64,000 bases of DNA from a virus. Its lineage: Duplodnaviria; Caudoviricetes. The notes beneath the pieces were generated by a model, which was given only the letters and a program-made list of their open reading frames with translations, was not told the origin of the DNA and did no database searches. The translations under genes and the position numbers were made by a program. Shown one piece after another: positions 10,061 to 17,626 of this stretch (positions are counted from its first letter, which is position 1; each line of letters opens with the position of its first letter). The stretch lies in the IMG/VR virus record IMGVR_UViG_3300027255_000165; one strand, given 5' to 3'.

Positions 10061-10486
10061 TCAACCTTCCCTTTCAGCAACTCTTTTACGTAATTCGGAT
10101 GATGAAAAAGAGTGATCTCTTTTGTTAAAAATTAATTCAATACCGCGATTGTTACAAATCTGTCGGCCTGTGAATTCTTTTTCGCGATATTCTTCACCTA
10201 AAATTCTAACATCAATTTTAAAGCTTGCTAGAATGTCTTCAAGATCTTTTTCGGTTGCATAAGGAATGATCTCGTTAACCCACTTACAACCATCTACTTG
10301 AATATACCTTTCAACGATAGATTGCACTGGTTTATTCTTTTCAGGACGGTCAATCGTAGGATCCGTCTGAAGAGCAATGATCAGATAATCACAATGCTGC
10401 TTAGCTTCTTCAAGCATTTTAACGTGCCCTGCATGAAACAGGTCAAACGTAGATGCAGTGATGCCAACTATTTTCAATTCTTTCAT
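10061..10486 (-). CDS. tagD: glycerol-3-phosphate cytidylyltransferase-like protein
   Basis: TFDLFHAGH, RDHSFSSSELR. Confidence 0.85.
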   Translation of the reverse strand: MKELKIVGITASTFDLFHAGHVKMLEEAKQHCDYLIIALQTDPTIDRPEKNKPVQSIVERYIQVDGCKWVNEIIPYATEKDLEDILASFKIDVRILGEEYREKEFTGRQICNNRGIELIFNKRDHSFSSSELRKRVAEREG

Positions 10487-10812
10487 GCTTCAATCTCTAC
10501 TCGCTCGACTGATTCTAAACTCTGAAGAATGTCAACCATGTTAGCCGAAATGGGCTCTTCAGTTTCAGCGTTCAACTCCACTGCGATCTTACACTCAAAA
10601 TTGTTTTCAGAGTGTTGAAGGTTAACAGCCTCTTTAGCTGCTTCATACGCTGCTGTAAAACCTTCAGAACGAACATGATAGACTGACCTTCTACCCGTTT
10701 CAGGGCAATGAAATTCAAATCTAAACAAACGCTTACCAATTCTATTCTGAGTTGCAATAACGTACATTGCGATTCCTGTTGCCGTGATGGCAATTAACAT
10801 GATTGTGACCAT
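10483..10812 (-). CDS. hypothetical membrane-anchored protein
   Basis: ORF track; hydrophobic N-terminus. Confidence 0.55.
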   Translation of the reverse strand: MVTIMLIAITATGIAMYVIATQNRIGKRLFRFEFHCPETGRRSVYHVRSEGFTAAYEAAKEAVNLQHSENNFECKIAVELNAETEEPISANMVDILQSLESVERVEIEA

Positions 10813-11180
10813 TACTTTCTTAATTCAAAGCCCTTTTCGGCTATTCTTTCTAATAGTATCTCTCGATCTCGCTTTGTTTCAACGTAATCGTTCATCAGTT
10901 CATCTGGCACACCGTTCCAGGCATCAGTCCAATCACTGACGTTAAATCCACGGTACAGGGCCTCCCATCTAAGAGAGTTGTAACGATTCAACAGGTACTC
11001 TAATTTATTATAGAAGAATTTGACGTGACCTTGGCCGAGTGTGAATTCTTCAGGAATACCATTCATATTGTACTTACCCTGACGAATGACGTTTGGAATA
11101 CGCTTGATCTCGCGAAGTTCTGCCAATAACAGTTTATCGGGCAATTCTTCAGGTTTGATGCCAGTATTAATTCTTGTCAT
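10812..11180 (-). CDS. denV: pyrimidine-dimer DNA glycosylase (T4 endonuclease V-like)
   Basis: MTRIN, LLAELREIKRI, FTLGQGHVKFFYNKL. Confidence 0.93.
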   Translation of the reverse strand: MTRINTGIKPEELPDKLLLAELREIKRIPNVIRQGKYNMNGIPEEFTLGQGHVKFFYNKLEYLLNRYNSLRWEALYRGFNVSDWTDAWNGVPDELMNDYVETKRDREILLERIAEKGFELRK

Positions 11181-11236
11181 TGGTCAATACATAAACGAAT
11201 GGAACATCTCCAAATGTCGTGGTAGTGTAATAGTAA

Positions 11237-12322
11237 TTAGAGTTCAAGGATACCAGTGTTTAAGGGGTTGTTGATGTTATCGATCCACTCGTCGTCAATA
11301 TCTTTCAAGAATGCGATGTACAACTTGATACAGTTTTCAACGTCATCTCGATGAACCATCTCGACTGTGGTGTGCATGTACTTCAGCGGTGAGGCCAAGA
11401 TTGCAGTTGGAGTGTTTTCCAAAAAGAAAGCCATCGTGTCGTTGCCGTAAGATCCAACATGATGTTGTAATGGCAGCTCATTGGCTTTAGCAACCTCTTT
11501 CAGCTTGTTTAGAATGCCACGGTGATTCTGTGAAGTGTACTCTAATGAAGGACCTTTACCACCTTCAACTGGTCCGTGCTTGGCTTTATCCATCTTTGGG
11601 TGAGCCACGTTGTGACAAACATCATGCACTAGGGCCAAATCAGCTTGCAGTTCTTTTGCAATCTTCTTTGCACCGTACAAGCCAACTTCTTCTTGAACCG
11701 AGTTAACCACGTACAGGTCAAAATCCAACTTCTCACCATCAAGCGCCATGCGCTTTAGGACCTCAGCAATAATATAACCTCCAATCTTATTGTCCAACGA
11801 ACGGCCAACGTAGTAATCTCCAATCATGCTGAATTGTGTATCGAACGTAGCCAAGCATCCAACTTCAACTCCCAATTCAGCAGCTTGCTCGTCTGAAGAA
11901 ACACCTACATCAATCCACAATTCATGCGGTTCGTAACCTTTAGAAGTACGTTCGGTACGTGTGTGGATCGCAGGCCAACCAAACACACCTTTAACCTGTC
12001 GACCGTCGTGCGTATGAATGATAACTGTTTTAGAAGGGGCGATCATATTGTCTGAACCTCCATGGTGACGAACGCGGATGTAGCCGTCTTTTTCAATGTG
12101 TGTAATGATCCATGAGATCTCATCGCAGTGTGCTTCAATCACAACTTTCTTGGCTCCTTCTTTACCGCAACGGTAAACACCATAACCAGTGCCGTATGCG
12201 TCCATGTGAAGTGAATGTGAAAAGTCTGAAATGTAACGCATCCACATCTTTTGACCTTCTGTTTCCTGTGCAACAGGAGCGTAAGCATTTAAGTACGCTT
12301 CTAAAAACTTATGACTTTTCAT
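11237..12322 (-). CDS. M42 family metallopeptidase
   Basis: EAHCDEI, GRSLDNKIG, VQEEVGLYGA, DVCH, PLKYMHTTVE. Confidence 0.9.
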   Translation of the reverse strand: MKSHKFLEAYLNAYAPVAQETEGQKMWMRYISDFSHSLHMDAYGTGYGVYRCGKEGAKKVVIEAHCDEISWIITHIEKDGYIRVRHHGGSDNMIAPSKTVIIHTHDGRQVKGVFGWPAIHTRTERTSKGYEPHELWIDVGVSSDEQAAELGVEVGCLATFDTQFSMIGDYYVGRSLDNKIGGYIIAEVLKRMALDGEKLDFDLYVVNSVQEEVGLYGAKKIAKELQADLALVHDVCHNVAHPKMDKAKHGPVEGGKGPSLEYTSQNHRGILNKLKEVAKANELPLQHHVGSYGNDTMAFFLENTPTAILASPLKYMHTTVEMVHRDDVENCIKLYIAFLKDIDDEWIDNINNPLNTGILEL

Positions 12323-12326
12323 TATG

Positions 12327-12710
12327 TTATATGTTAAAGAATGAGTAAAGAACCGTTACGATTGCGGCGGCCGCAGCTAAAGAAAGGATAGCGTTGACTA
12401 CCATTTCTGAGTATTGAACTTGGTTTGGAGTGCGACCTTGATTCCAATTAGCAAAAGGCTCTTCAATTAAGACAAAGATAGCTTCAGTTGGACCAAAACT
12501 TTGAAGCTCTAAACCACGCATTTCAAGAATATCATCCAATAATTCGGGCTCATTCTCAACCATGTACGATACTTCATCGTATTCCTGAGTTGTCCAATCC
12601 TGGGATGGATCTAAGTTCAAAAAGCCCATGTAATCTTCTGAGCTTGAATCAAATTGATAATCGCTACGAATGCGATCGATTAGGGTGTTCAAAGTCTTTA
12701 AGTCTCTCAT
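12327..12710 (-). CDS. hypothetical protein with C-terminal membrane anchor
   Basis: ORF track. Confidence 0.55.
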   Translation of the reverse strand: MRDLKTLNTLIDRIRSDYQFDSSSEDYMGFLNLDPSQDWTTQEYDEVSYMVENEPELLDDILEMRGLELQSFGPTEAIFVLIEEPFANWNQGRTPNQVQYSEMVVNAILSLAAAAAIVTVLYSFFNI

Positions 12711-12765
12711 CAGTTAATCCTTTAAATGTATTGATTATACTATGAGATCGTAAAAAGTTTCAAAC

Positions 12766-12799
12766 AAAAAGAGTCCAGATTTAAGTAAACCTGGACTCT
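12766..12799 (-). terminator. intrinsic terminator after tRNA-Asn
   Basis: GAGTCCAG/CTGGACTC stem followed by a T-run on the minus strand. Confidence 0.75.
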
Positions 12800-12805
12800 A
12801 GATTG

Positions 12806-12879
12806 CTCCCTCTGCTGGACTTGAACCAGCGACCCTCTGATTAACAGTCAGATGCTCTAACCAACTGAGCTAAGAAGGA
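12806..12879 (-). tRNA. tRNA-Asn(GTT)
   Basis: Cloverleaf read manually; anticodon loop CTGTTAA, T-loop TTCAAGT. Confidence 0.95.
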
Positions 12880-12898
12880 ATTCTTGCATGGCATGCTG

Positions 12899-12969
12899 TT
12901 ACCCCGGATAGATTCGAACTACCATTAAGTGGACCAAAACCACTTGTCCTGCCATTAGACGACGGGGTA
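12899..12969 (-). tRNA. tRNA-Gln(TTG)
   Basis: AGTGG-TTTTGGT-CCACT anticodon arm; acceptor TACCCCG/CGGGGTA. Confidence 0.93.
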
Positions 12970-12974
12970 ATATG

Positions 12975-13048
12975 TAGTCCTGACTGGACTCGAACCAGTG
13001 ACCCTTCGCGTATCAGGCGAATGCTCTAACCAACTGAGCTACAAGACT
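12975..13048 (-). tRNA. tRNA-Ile(GAT)
   Basis: TTCGC-CTGATAC-GCGAA anticodon arm. Confidence 0.95.
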
Positions 13049-13075
13049 AAAAGAAATTATATAACTCTTTTTTTG

Positions 13076-13148
<73 letters not shown>

Positions 13149-13206
13149 TGGTTATTCCGAAGAACAGTATTTATATACTAGATCTAAGGGTTGTTTCATT
13201 TGATAA

Positions 13207-13240
13207 TAAAAAAGCCCGGTCAAAGACCGGGCTTTAAAAA
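13207..13240 (-). terminator. intrinsic terminator, possibly bidirectional
   Basis: AAAGCCCGGTC-AAA-GACCGGGCTTT with A/T runs on both sides. Confidence 0.8.
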
Positions 13241-13259
13241 TAGTTAGTATGAAGTTAGA

Positions 13260-14966
13260 TTATTGAATATACTTGTAAATTCTAAGTTCAACAGTAGCTC
13301 CGGCAGCGTTAAGTGAAGTCTCAACACCTGCAACAATTGGACCTGTAAGAGCTGCATGCCTCGTAGGGTCAATAGAATAATTACCAGCGACAATTTCACC
13401 ATCTGCAATCGTTTCAAAATACTTCCCACCGTAACCGGTAAAATACACCGAGTAAGGTACTATGTTCTTAGAACCGTCAAATTGGTGATTAACTCCAGTG
13501 AATTTAATGTATCCTCCCGGTGCAATGCTTAACCATTCAGCTTGAACAGCTCCAGGAATATCACCGACACCCGCTGCTTTATAGGTACCTGCGCCGGATC
13601 CAGGCATAATACCTTTAATGCTTATGTCAGTGTGGTTGTGTACAATCAGAGTGTGAGGGCCTGTTCCTACGTTAACTTCAGTATATGTTGTAGGGAAATA
13701 AGATCCTGCAACTGAACCCGCAGGTGGCATTGGATCTGGTAGAGTAGTTGGTCTGTATACATTTACAAGTGTAACGTCAAAATGCGCAGGCGATGTAATC
13801 GCAATTCCGCCAGTGGCATTGCCAAGTGTGAATAGATTATTTCCAGAAACTGCTGAAATAAAGCTTATGTTGTTTTGTGCTCTGTTAGTTGATGCATAAA
13901 TCCATTTACCTGACGCATTTGCAAGCTCCAAGTTCATAGTGAATTTGTTAATATCGCTCAAAGGTACGTCAGTTAGAGTAACTGAATGACCAGGTCTAAT
14001 TGGAAGCCATGGAGCCGCAGTATTGCCGTTTCCCAAAGGAGTACCGCTAGGAACGCCATAAGACGCTAACCATGCCTTACCAGCTCCTGATCCAATCGCA
14101 GCATCTTCAATCCACACCTTTACAATAGGTTCAGTTGCTGATGCGTTAGTGATTGTAAGAGAGTGTCCACCCGCTGCACCCAAAGAATATGTAGGTTCTA
14201 CAGGAGCTGTTTGGAACTTAAGTGTTGTAGGAAGAGATGTATTAAGTACACCTGACGCTTCAACCACAACTAACATAGGATTGTAGCCCTGTCCAGTGCC
14301 TCCACCTGTAAGACTTAAATTAGTGTGCCAGATATCTCTGGCTATCCAACATACTGCATAATCACCAGAAGGCTGTTCAAGTCTAACAATATCGCCAGCT
14401 CTTAGATCAGCAAATGCAGCTGTAGCTGCGTTTTTAGTAAAAAAGATGCTAAATGAGTTAACCCCATTCACAGCTGGATAAGCCATAGTAGCCCATATGT
14501 TAGAGACCAGATCATTAGTTGAAGCTGTGAATCCACCGTCAGACCATGGTCTGAATTCTACTGTGTTGTCCCATCCTGCAGGACCTGGAGCAACAGCTGC
14601 AGCCCATGAAGAATAAAGACCAGCTGCGGTTTCAGCCCATACTTTTGCGGCAACAACGTCAGAGAAAAGAGGTTGACCAAGTCTACCTGCAAAGTGATTA
14701 ATCATTTCAAGAACTTTAGCATCACCTGCTCCGCCGTCTGACCAGAACATCGGGTGAGCATCGGCTTCGTTCGTGTAACCTAGTGTGAAAGAATCCGACC
14801 AAATTGTCGTTTCACCTGAAATTTCAGCAGGTGGCATAGCACCTTTGCCTAGAGCAAGTTCGGCTGGCATTGCACCCGTTCCGTCCCACTCGTAAAGTTT
14901 GTTTGCTTTAGCGTTAACGCTGCCTAGACCTGGATTAGAAGATCTAAAATATAATGGATTTGGCAT
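13260..14966 (-). CDS. hypothetical virion/structural-type protein inserted in the tRNA island
   Basis: 568-aa Gly/Ala/Thr-rich beta-type ORF with its own GATATATA motif (14993-15000) and flanking terminators; N-terminus resembles the middle of 33550-35037. Confidence 0.6.
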   Translation of the reverse strand: MPNPLYFRSSNPGLGSVNAKANKLYEWDGTGAMPAELALGKGAMPPAEISGETTIWSDSFTLGYTNEADAHPMFWSDGGAGDAKVLEMINHFAGRLGQPLFSDVVAAKVWAETAAGLYSSWAAAVAPGPAGWDNTVEFRPWSDGGFTASTNDLVSNIWATMAYPAVNGVNSFSIFFTKNAATAAFADLRAGDIVRLEQPSGDYAVCWIARDIWHTNLSLTGGGTGQGYNPMLVVVEASGVLNTSLPTTLKFQTAPVEPTYSLGAAGGHSLTITNASATEPIVKVWIEDAAIGSGAGKAWLASYGVPSGTPLGNGNTAAPWLPIRPGHSVTLTDVPLSDINKFTMNLELANASGKWIYASTNRAQNNISFISAVSGNNLFTLGNATGGIAITSPAHFDVTLVNVYRPTTLPDPMPPAGSVAGSYFPTTYTEVNVGTGPHTLIVHNHTDISIKGIMPGSGAGTYKAAGVGDIPGAVQAEWLSIAPGGYIKFTGVNHQFDGSKNIVPYSVYFTGYGGKYFETIADGEIVAGNYSIDPTRHAALTGPIVAGVETSLNAAGATVELRIYKYIQ

Positions 14967-15031
14967 TTTAACTTAAATGTTTTTTGTTTCTGTATATATC
15001 ACATTTAAGACGGTAAAACTTCATCGAGATG

Positions 15032-15060
15032 AAAAAACCCGGTCAAAAAGACCGGGTTTG
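15032..15060 (-). terminator. intrinsic terminator downstream of tRNA-His
   Basis: AAACCCGGTC-TTTTT-GACCGGGTTT followed by a T-run on the minus strand. Confidence 0.8.
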
Positions 15061-15117
15061 ACGGGGGACCGCGTAAAAGCCGTTGCGATCGGCTTGTTGA
15101 TACGCAATTTATATATC

Positions 15118-15195
15118 TGGGGTGACTGATCGGAATCGAACCGACGACCTCTTGAACCACAATCAAGCGCTCTAACCAACTGAGCTACAACCACC
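15118..15195 (-). tRNA. tRNA-His(GTG), with encoded G-1 and CCA
   Basis: CTTGA-TTGTGGT-TCAAG anticodon arm; G-1 opposite C73; ends CCA. Confidence 0.95.
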
Positions 15196-15202
15196 ATTTA
15201 CA

Positions 15203-15429
15203 TTAACACTAGTAACCGGGATTCTGTTTTATTCCACCATTAATCTAAGCCACTACCTTGCCCAGGCTGCTCACCCCTATGGACTATTACGTGTTGCATC
15301 CTCGGTGGTATAACGGTTATAACCTTTCCAAAACTCTGTTTTTTTACTAGTTTTGGAAAGGTTATAACCTTCCACCTTAAGCAGTGATGTCCCGAGTTTC
15401 CTCTCTTTCGAGCGATGGATCAGTGTTAA
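15203..15429 (-). ncRNA. rnpB: minimal RNase P RNA (catalytic domain; specificity domain replaced by one hairpin)
   Basis: Hallmark GAGGAAACTCGGGAC (15403-15389) and AAAACAGAATCCCGGTTA (15230-15213) form P4 with a bulged U. Also P1 TTAACACTG/TAGTGTTAA, P3 CTC-GAAA-GAG, P5 CATC/GATG, GCAA..AATAG, L15-like GGTA and TAGATTAATG. Confidence 0.88.
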
Positions 15430-15433
15430 TTAT

Positions 15434-15637
15434 TTATTCAAAGCTAACGTGGCTGTGAATAGATGTAATTGTACAATGTGGATCAAACTGACATGTTTGT
15501 TTAGAAGCCCACGTTGAAGTGTCAACTAAATCATGATTAGAAGAGCATGAAGTAGATAACATTAGTGTTGCCAATGAAATTGACGCGATAGATAGTGTTG
15601 AAAAAATCATCACTAAAAAGTTCTTAAGATGTTTCAT
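15434..15637 (-). CDS. small putative lipoprotein
   Basis: Signal-like hydrophobic N-terminus ending in STSC. Confidence 0.5.
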   Translation of the reverse strand: MKHLKNFLVMIFSTLSIASISLATLMLSTSCSSNHDLVDTSTWASKQTCQFDPHCTITSIHSHVSFE

Positions 15638-15712
15638 AGTCCCAATGTTATTTTAATGTTATTAACTTATATATCAGTATTAACATATTGTTTACATTGG
15701 GTTAGATCTTAG

Positions 15713-15787
15713 TAGCGGGTGTGGGAGTCGAACCCACGTCGTTTGGCTTATGAGACCAGGCTGGAACCACCTCCAGTCCAACCCGCA
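15713..15787 (-). tRNA. tRNA-Met(CAT), possibly initiator-type
   Basis: Anticodon loop CTCATAA; T1:T72 mismatch as in initiator tRNAs; atypical D arm. Confidence 0.85.
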
Positions 15788-15794
15788 ATGTTAG

Positions 15795-15867
15795 TGGACT
15801 CGGGCAGAATCGAACTGCCGACACATGGATTTTCAGTCCATTGCTCTACCAACTGAGCTACGAGTCC
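15795..15867 (-). tRNA. tRNA-Phe(GAA)
   Basis: ATGGA-CTGAAAA-TCCAT anticodon arm. Confidence 0.95.
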
Positions 15868-15871
15868 ATGG

Positions 15872-15990
15872 GGAAGAGGCTCTGGGTCTTTCAGGGTTTC
15901 TGATAGATGATTTGTTTACGCTCTGATTACTCCAAACCCTTTTTCACCATTTTAACACCATCATCTATTACAGCTTGCACTGCCTCTTCC
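15872..15990 (-). ncRNA. unidentified ~120-nt structured RNA between tRNA-Tyr and tRNA-Phe
   Basis: Terminal stem GGAAGAGGC/GCCTCTTCC, asymmetric bubble, inner ATAGATGAT/ATCATCTAT stem; only 3-4 nt from the flanking tRNAs. Confidence 0.65.
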
Positions 15991-15993
15991 TTG

Positions 15994-16075
15994 TGGGAGT
16001 AGAAGGACTCGAACCTCCGATGTCGTTAGACGATTGATTTACAGTCAACTGCAATAGCCACTATGCGATACTCCC
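15994..16075 (-). tRNA. tRNA-Tyr(GTA)
   Basis: GTTGA-CTGTAAA-TCAAT anticodon arm; long variable arm GTC-TAAC-GAC. Confidence 0.95.
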
Positions 16076-16079
16076 ATTG

Positions 16080-16152
16080 TGATCCCTCCGGGGCTAGAAC
16101 CCGGGACCCGTACATTAAAAGTGTACTGCTCTACCAACTGAGCTAAAGAATC
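16080..16152 (-). tRNA. tRNA-Lys(TTT)
   Basis: GTACA-CTTTTAA-TGTAC anticodon arm; variant T-loop TTCTAGC. Confidence 0.93.
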
Positions 16153-16173
16153 ATTACCACCAAGTCAAAGACC

Positions 16174-16368
16174 TCAGACATCCATCTGCAATTCGTGAAA
16201 GCACTCTTTGCAAAGGAACATCATGTTGTGTTCGTTACGGACATCTGCATCAAAAGGATTCTCAGTCCAAACTCCCAACTTTTGTTCGCAACTTTCGCAA
16301 GTATCAACCAGGTGGCCGAACATTTGCTTAGCTGTTTCTTCGTTTGTCATCATCGTTTTCATAGTCAT
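16174..16368 (-). CDS. small zinc-finger-like hypothetical protein
   Basis: CESC...CKEC motifs; downstream of the promoter motif at 16427-16460. Confidence 0.55.
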   Translation of the reverse strand: MTMKTMMTNEETAKQMFGHLVDTCESCEQKLGVWTENPFDADVRNEHNMMFLCKECFHELQMDV

Positions 16369-16426
16369 AAATTTAATTAAGGTTTACTGTCTCCGTTAAA
16401 TTTGAACCACTATCTGATGATTACTG

Positions 16427-16460
16427 GGCTAATATACAACAAAAACTTGACCCGGTAAAA
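16427..16460 (-). promoter_or_regulatory. repeated putative early/host-RNAP promoter motif, copy 1 of 5
   Basis: TTTTACCGGGTC-N-TTTTTGTTGTATATTAGCCC; related copies at about 18599, 18908, 28797 and 29907, all upstream of minus-strand starts. Confidence 0.7.
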
Positions 16461-16491
16461 CTTTTACGAAACTTTTTTACGGTTGCGATTG

Positions 16492-16565
16492 AGGTGAGTA
16501 GTGGATTCGAACCACTGAACGTCTGTTTTGCAAACAGCTCCCTTAGGCCACTCGAGCAACTCACC
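16492..16565 (-). tRNA. tRNA-Cys(GCA)
   Basis: CTGT-TTGCAAA-ACAG anticodon arm; acceptor GGTGAGT/ACTCACC; U73. Confidence 0.95.
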
Positions 16566-16603
16566 AAAAAAAGAAAGGCCTCAATCTTTCGATGAGGCCT
16601 TTC
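16566..16603 (-). terminator. attenuator terminator directly abutting tRNA-Cys
   Basis: GAAAGGCCTC-ATC-GAAA-GAT-T-GAGGCCTTTC followed by 7 T, then G1 of tRNA-Cys. Confidence 0.85.
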
Positions 16604-16626
16604 AAGAACGTTAAGTAAAACAGTAC

Positions 16627-16704
16627 TTACATTTTCACATAGGCCTCATTCTCACCTGGATACCAGATGCAGAATTTATTGTTATGTTGAATTAGTGTAC
16701 GCAT
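16627..16704 (-). CDS. putative attenuation leader peptide MRTLIQHNNKFCIWYPGENEAYVKM (missed by the ORF track)
   Basis: ATG with an A-rich context (AAAACAATG) 23 nt below a GATATATA motif; codons 19-22 contain ATGAGGCCT, complementary to the 5' arm of the terminator. Confidence 0.78.
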   Translation of the reverse strand: MRTLIQHNNKFCIWYPGENEAYVKM

Positions 16705-16882
16705 TGTTTTAGCTTTGTTTGAGACTTATATATCTGAATCTTTCTTTGTTTCACCACAGTCACATGGTTTAATTGTGGCGATGGTTGTATTAACTACCCA
16801 TGCAACACACATAACCAAGAATAGTGATGCGAATGGGTGTTCTGCGATAATGTCTACGAGTTGTGCTAACGAGTTCATGTCT

Positions 16883-17626
16883 TTAAAAGTCTACGCCTTC
16901 TACTGGCTGAGTTTGAGAATTGCCAGCTGCTTCAAACCGGAGCTGACTTACGGGATTCCACTTTAATGCTAACGCGCTCATGTTTTGATTGTACATTGAG
17001 CGAAGATCTTGTCGTGGGTGCCAAGTATACGTTGCTGGCAAAAATTCGTCTGATACGATGATATTTTGCTTTAACGTCTGTAGATTGGTTTCAACCAGCT
17101 TGCTGATTCCAGATTTATTCAATACATAACAATGTGTTTGATATGAGTAACCTGGACGAATAAAGTTAGTTAAACCTACGTTGAAATCTTTGACCATTGG
17201 ATGATTAACCAACAATCTCGATAAGAAGATGAGATCCCAATCATAGTTCTGTAATTCAGTAAAGACGCTCCAATCTATCGTTTCGATTGGATTGAAGTCA
17301 TCTTCTATGATTAAGATGTTTTCATAACCATTTCGGTATGCATCTTCCCAGATTTTAATGTGGGAGCAGATTCCACCGGCTTCACCAGTTGTTACTGGCC
17401 GATTCCACCATTCGTTGTTAGTGCCTTGAGCCCAATTATCATAGAACTTGATTCCATATTCATTTCGACCCTCCTCTGTCTTAAATAACTGGCGACCATT
17501 AACTCCTTCAATAATTTTATAAGGTGTTCCTGTGGGAACCCCTAGCCTGTTTAAACGATCAATTAACGAGTCATAACTCTGTTGACTATGATCTAAGGTA
17601 ATCAGGTAAATGTTATCAATCTTCAT
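16883..17626 (-). CDS. GT25 glycosyltransferase resembling the procollagen galactosyltransferase C-terminal domain
   Basis: YLITL, GVNGR, GEAGGICSHIKIW, ILIIEDD, YSYQTHCYVL, SDEFLP; start trimmed to the MKIDN ATG. Confidence 0.82.
   Translation of the reverse strand: MKIDNIYLITLDHSQQSYDSLIDRLNRLGVPTGTPYKIIEGVNGRQLFKTEEGRNEYGIKFYDNWAQGTNNEWWNRPVTTGEAGGICSHIKIWEDAYRNGYENILIIEDDFNPIETIDWSVFTELQNYDWDLIFLSRLLVNHPMVKDFNVGLTNFIRPGYSYQTHCYVLNKSGISKLVETNLQTLKQNIIVSDEFLPATYTWHPRQDLRSMYNQNMSALALKWNPVSQLRFEAAGNSQTQPVEGVDF

Noticed and set aside
15641-15701. Inverted repeat CCCAATGT/ACATTGGG enclosing a GATATATA motif
   Set aside because: Only 8 bp plus weak AT-rich inner pairing, which could be chance; not called as an RNA
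16715-16966. 83-aa plus-strand ORF next to the attenuator
   Set aside because: Opposite to the local strand, overlaps the GT25 end, and has no recognisable motif. The minus strand of 16740-16880 may hold a short peptide instead, but this is unsupported
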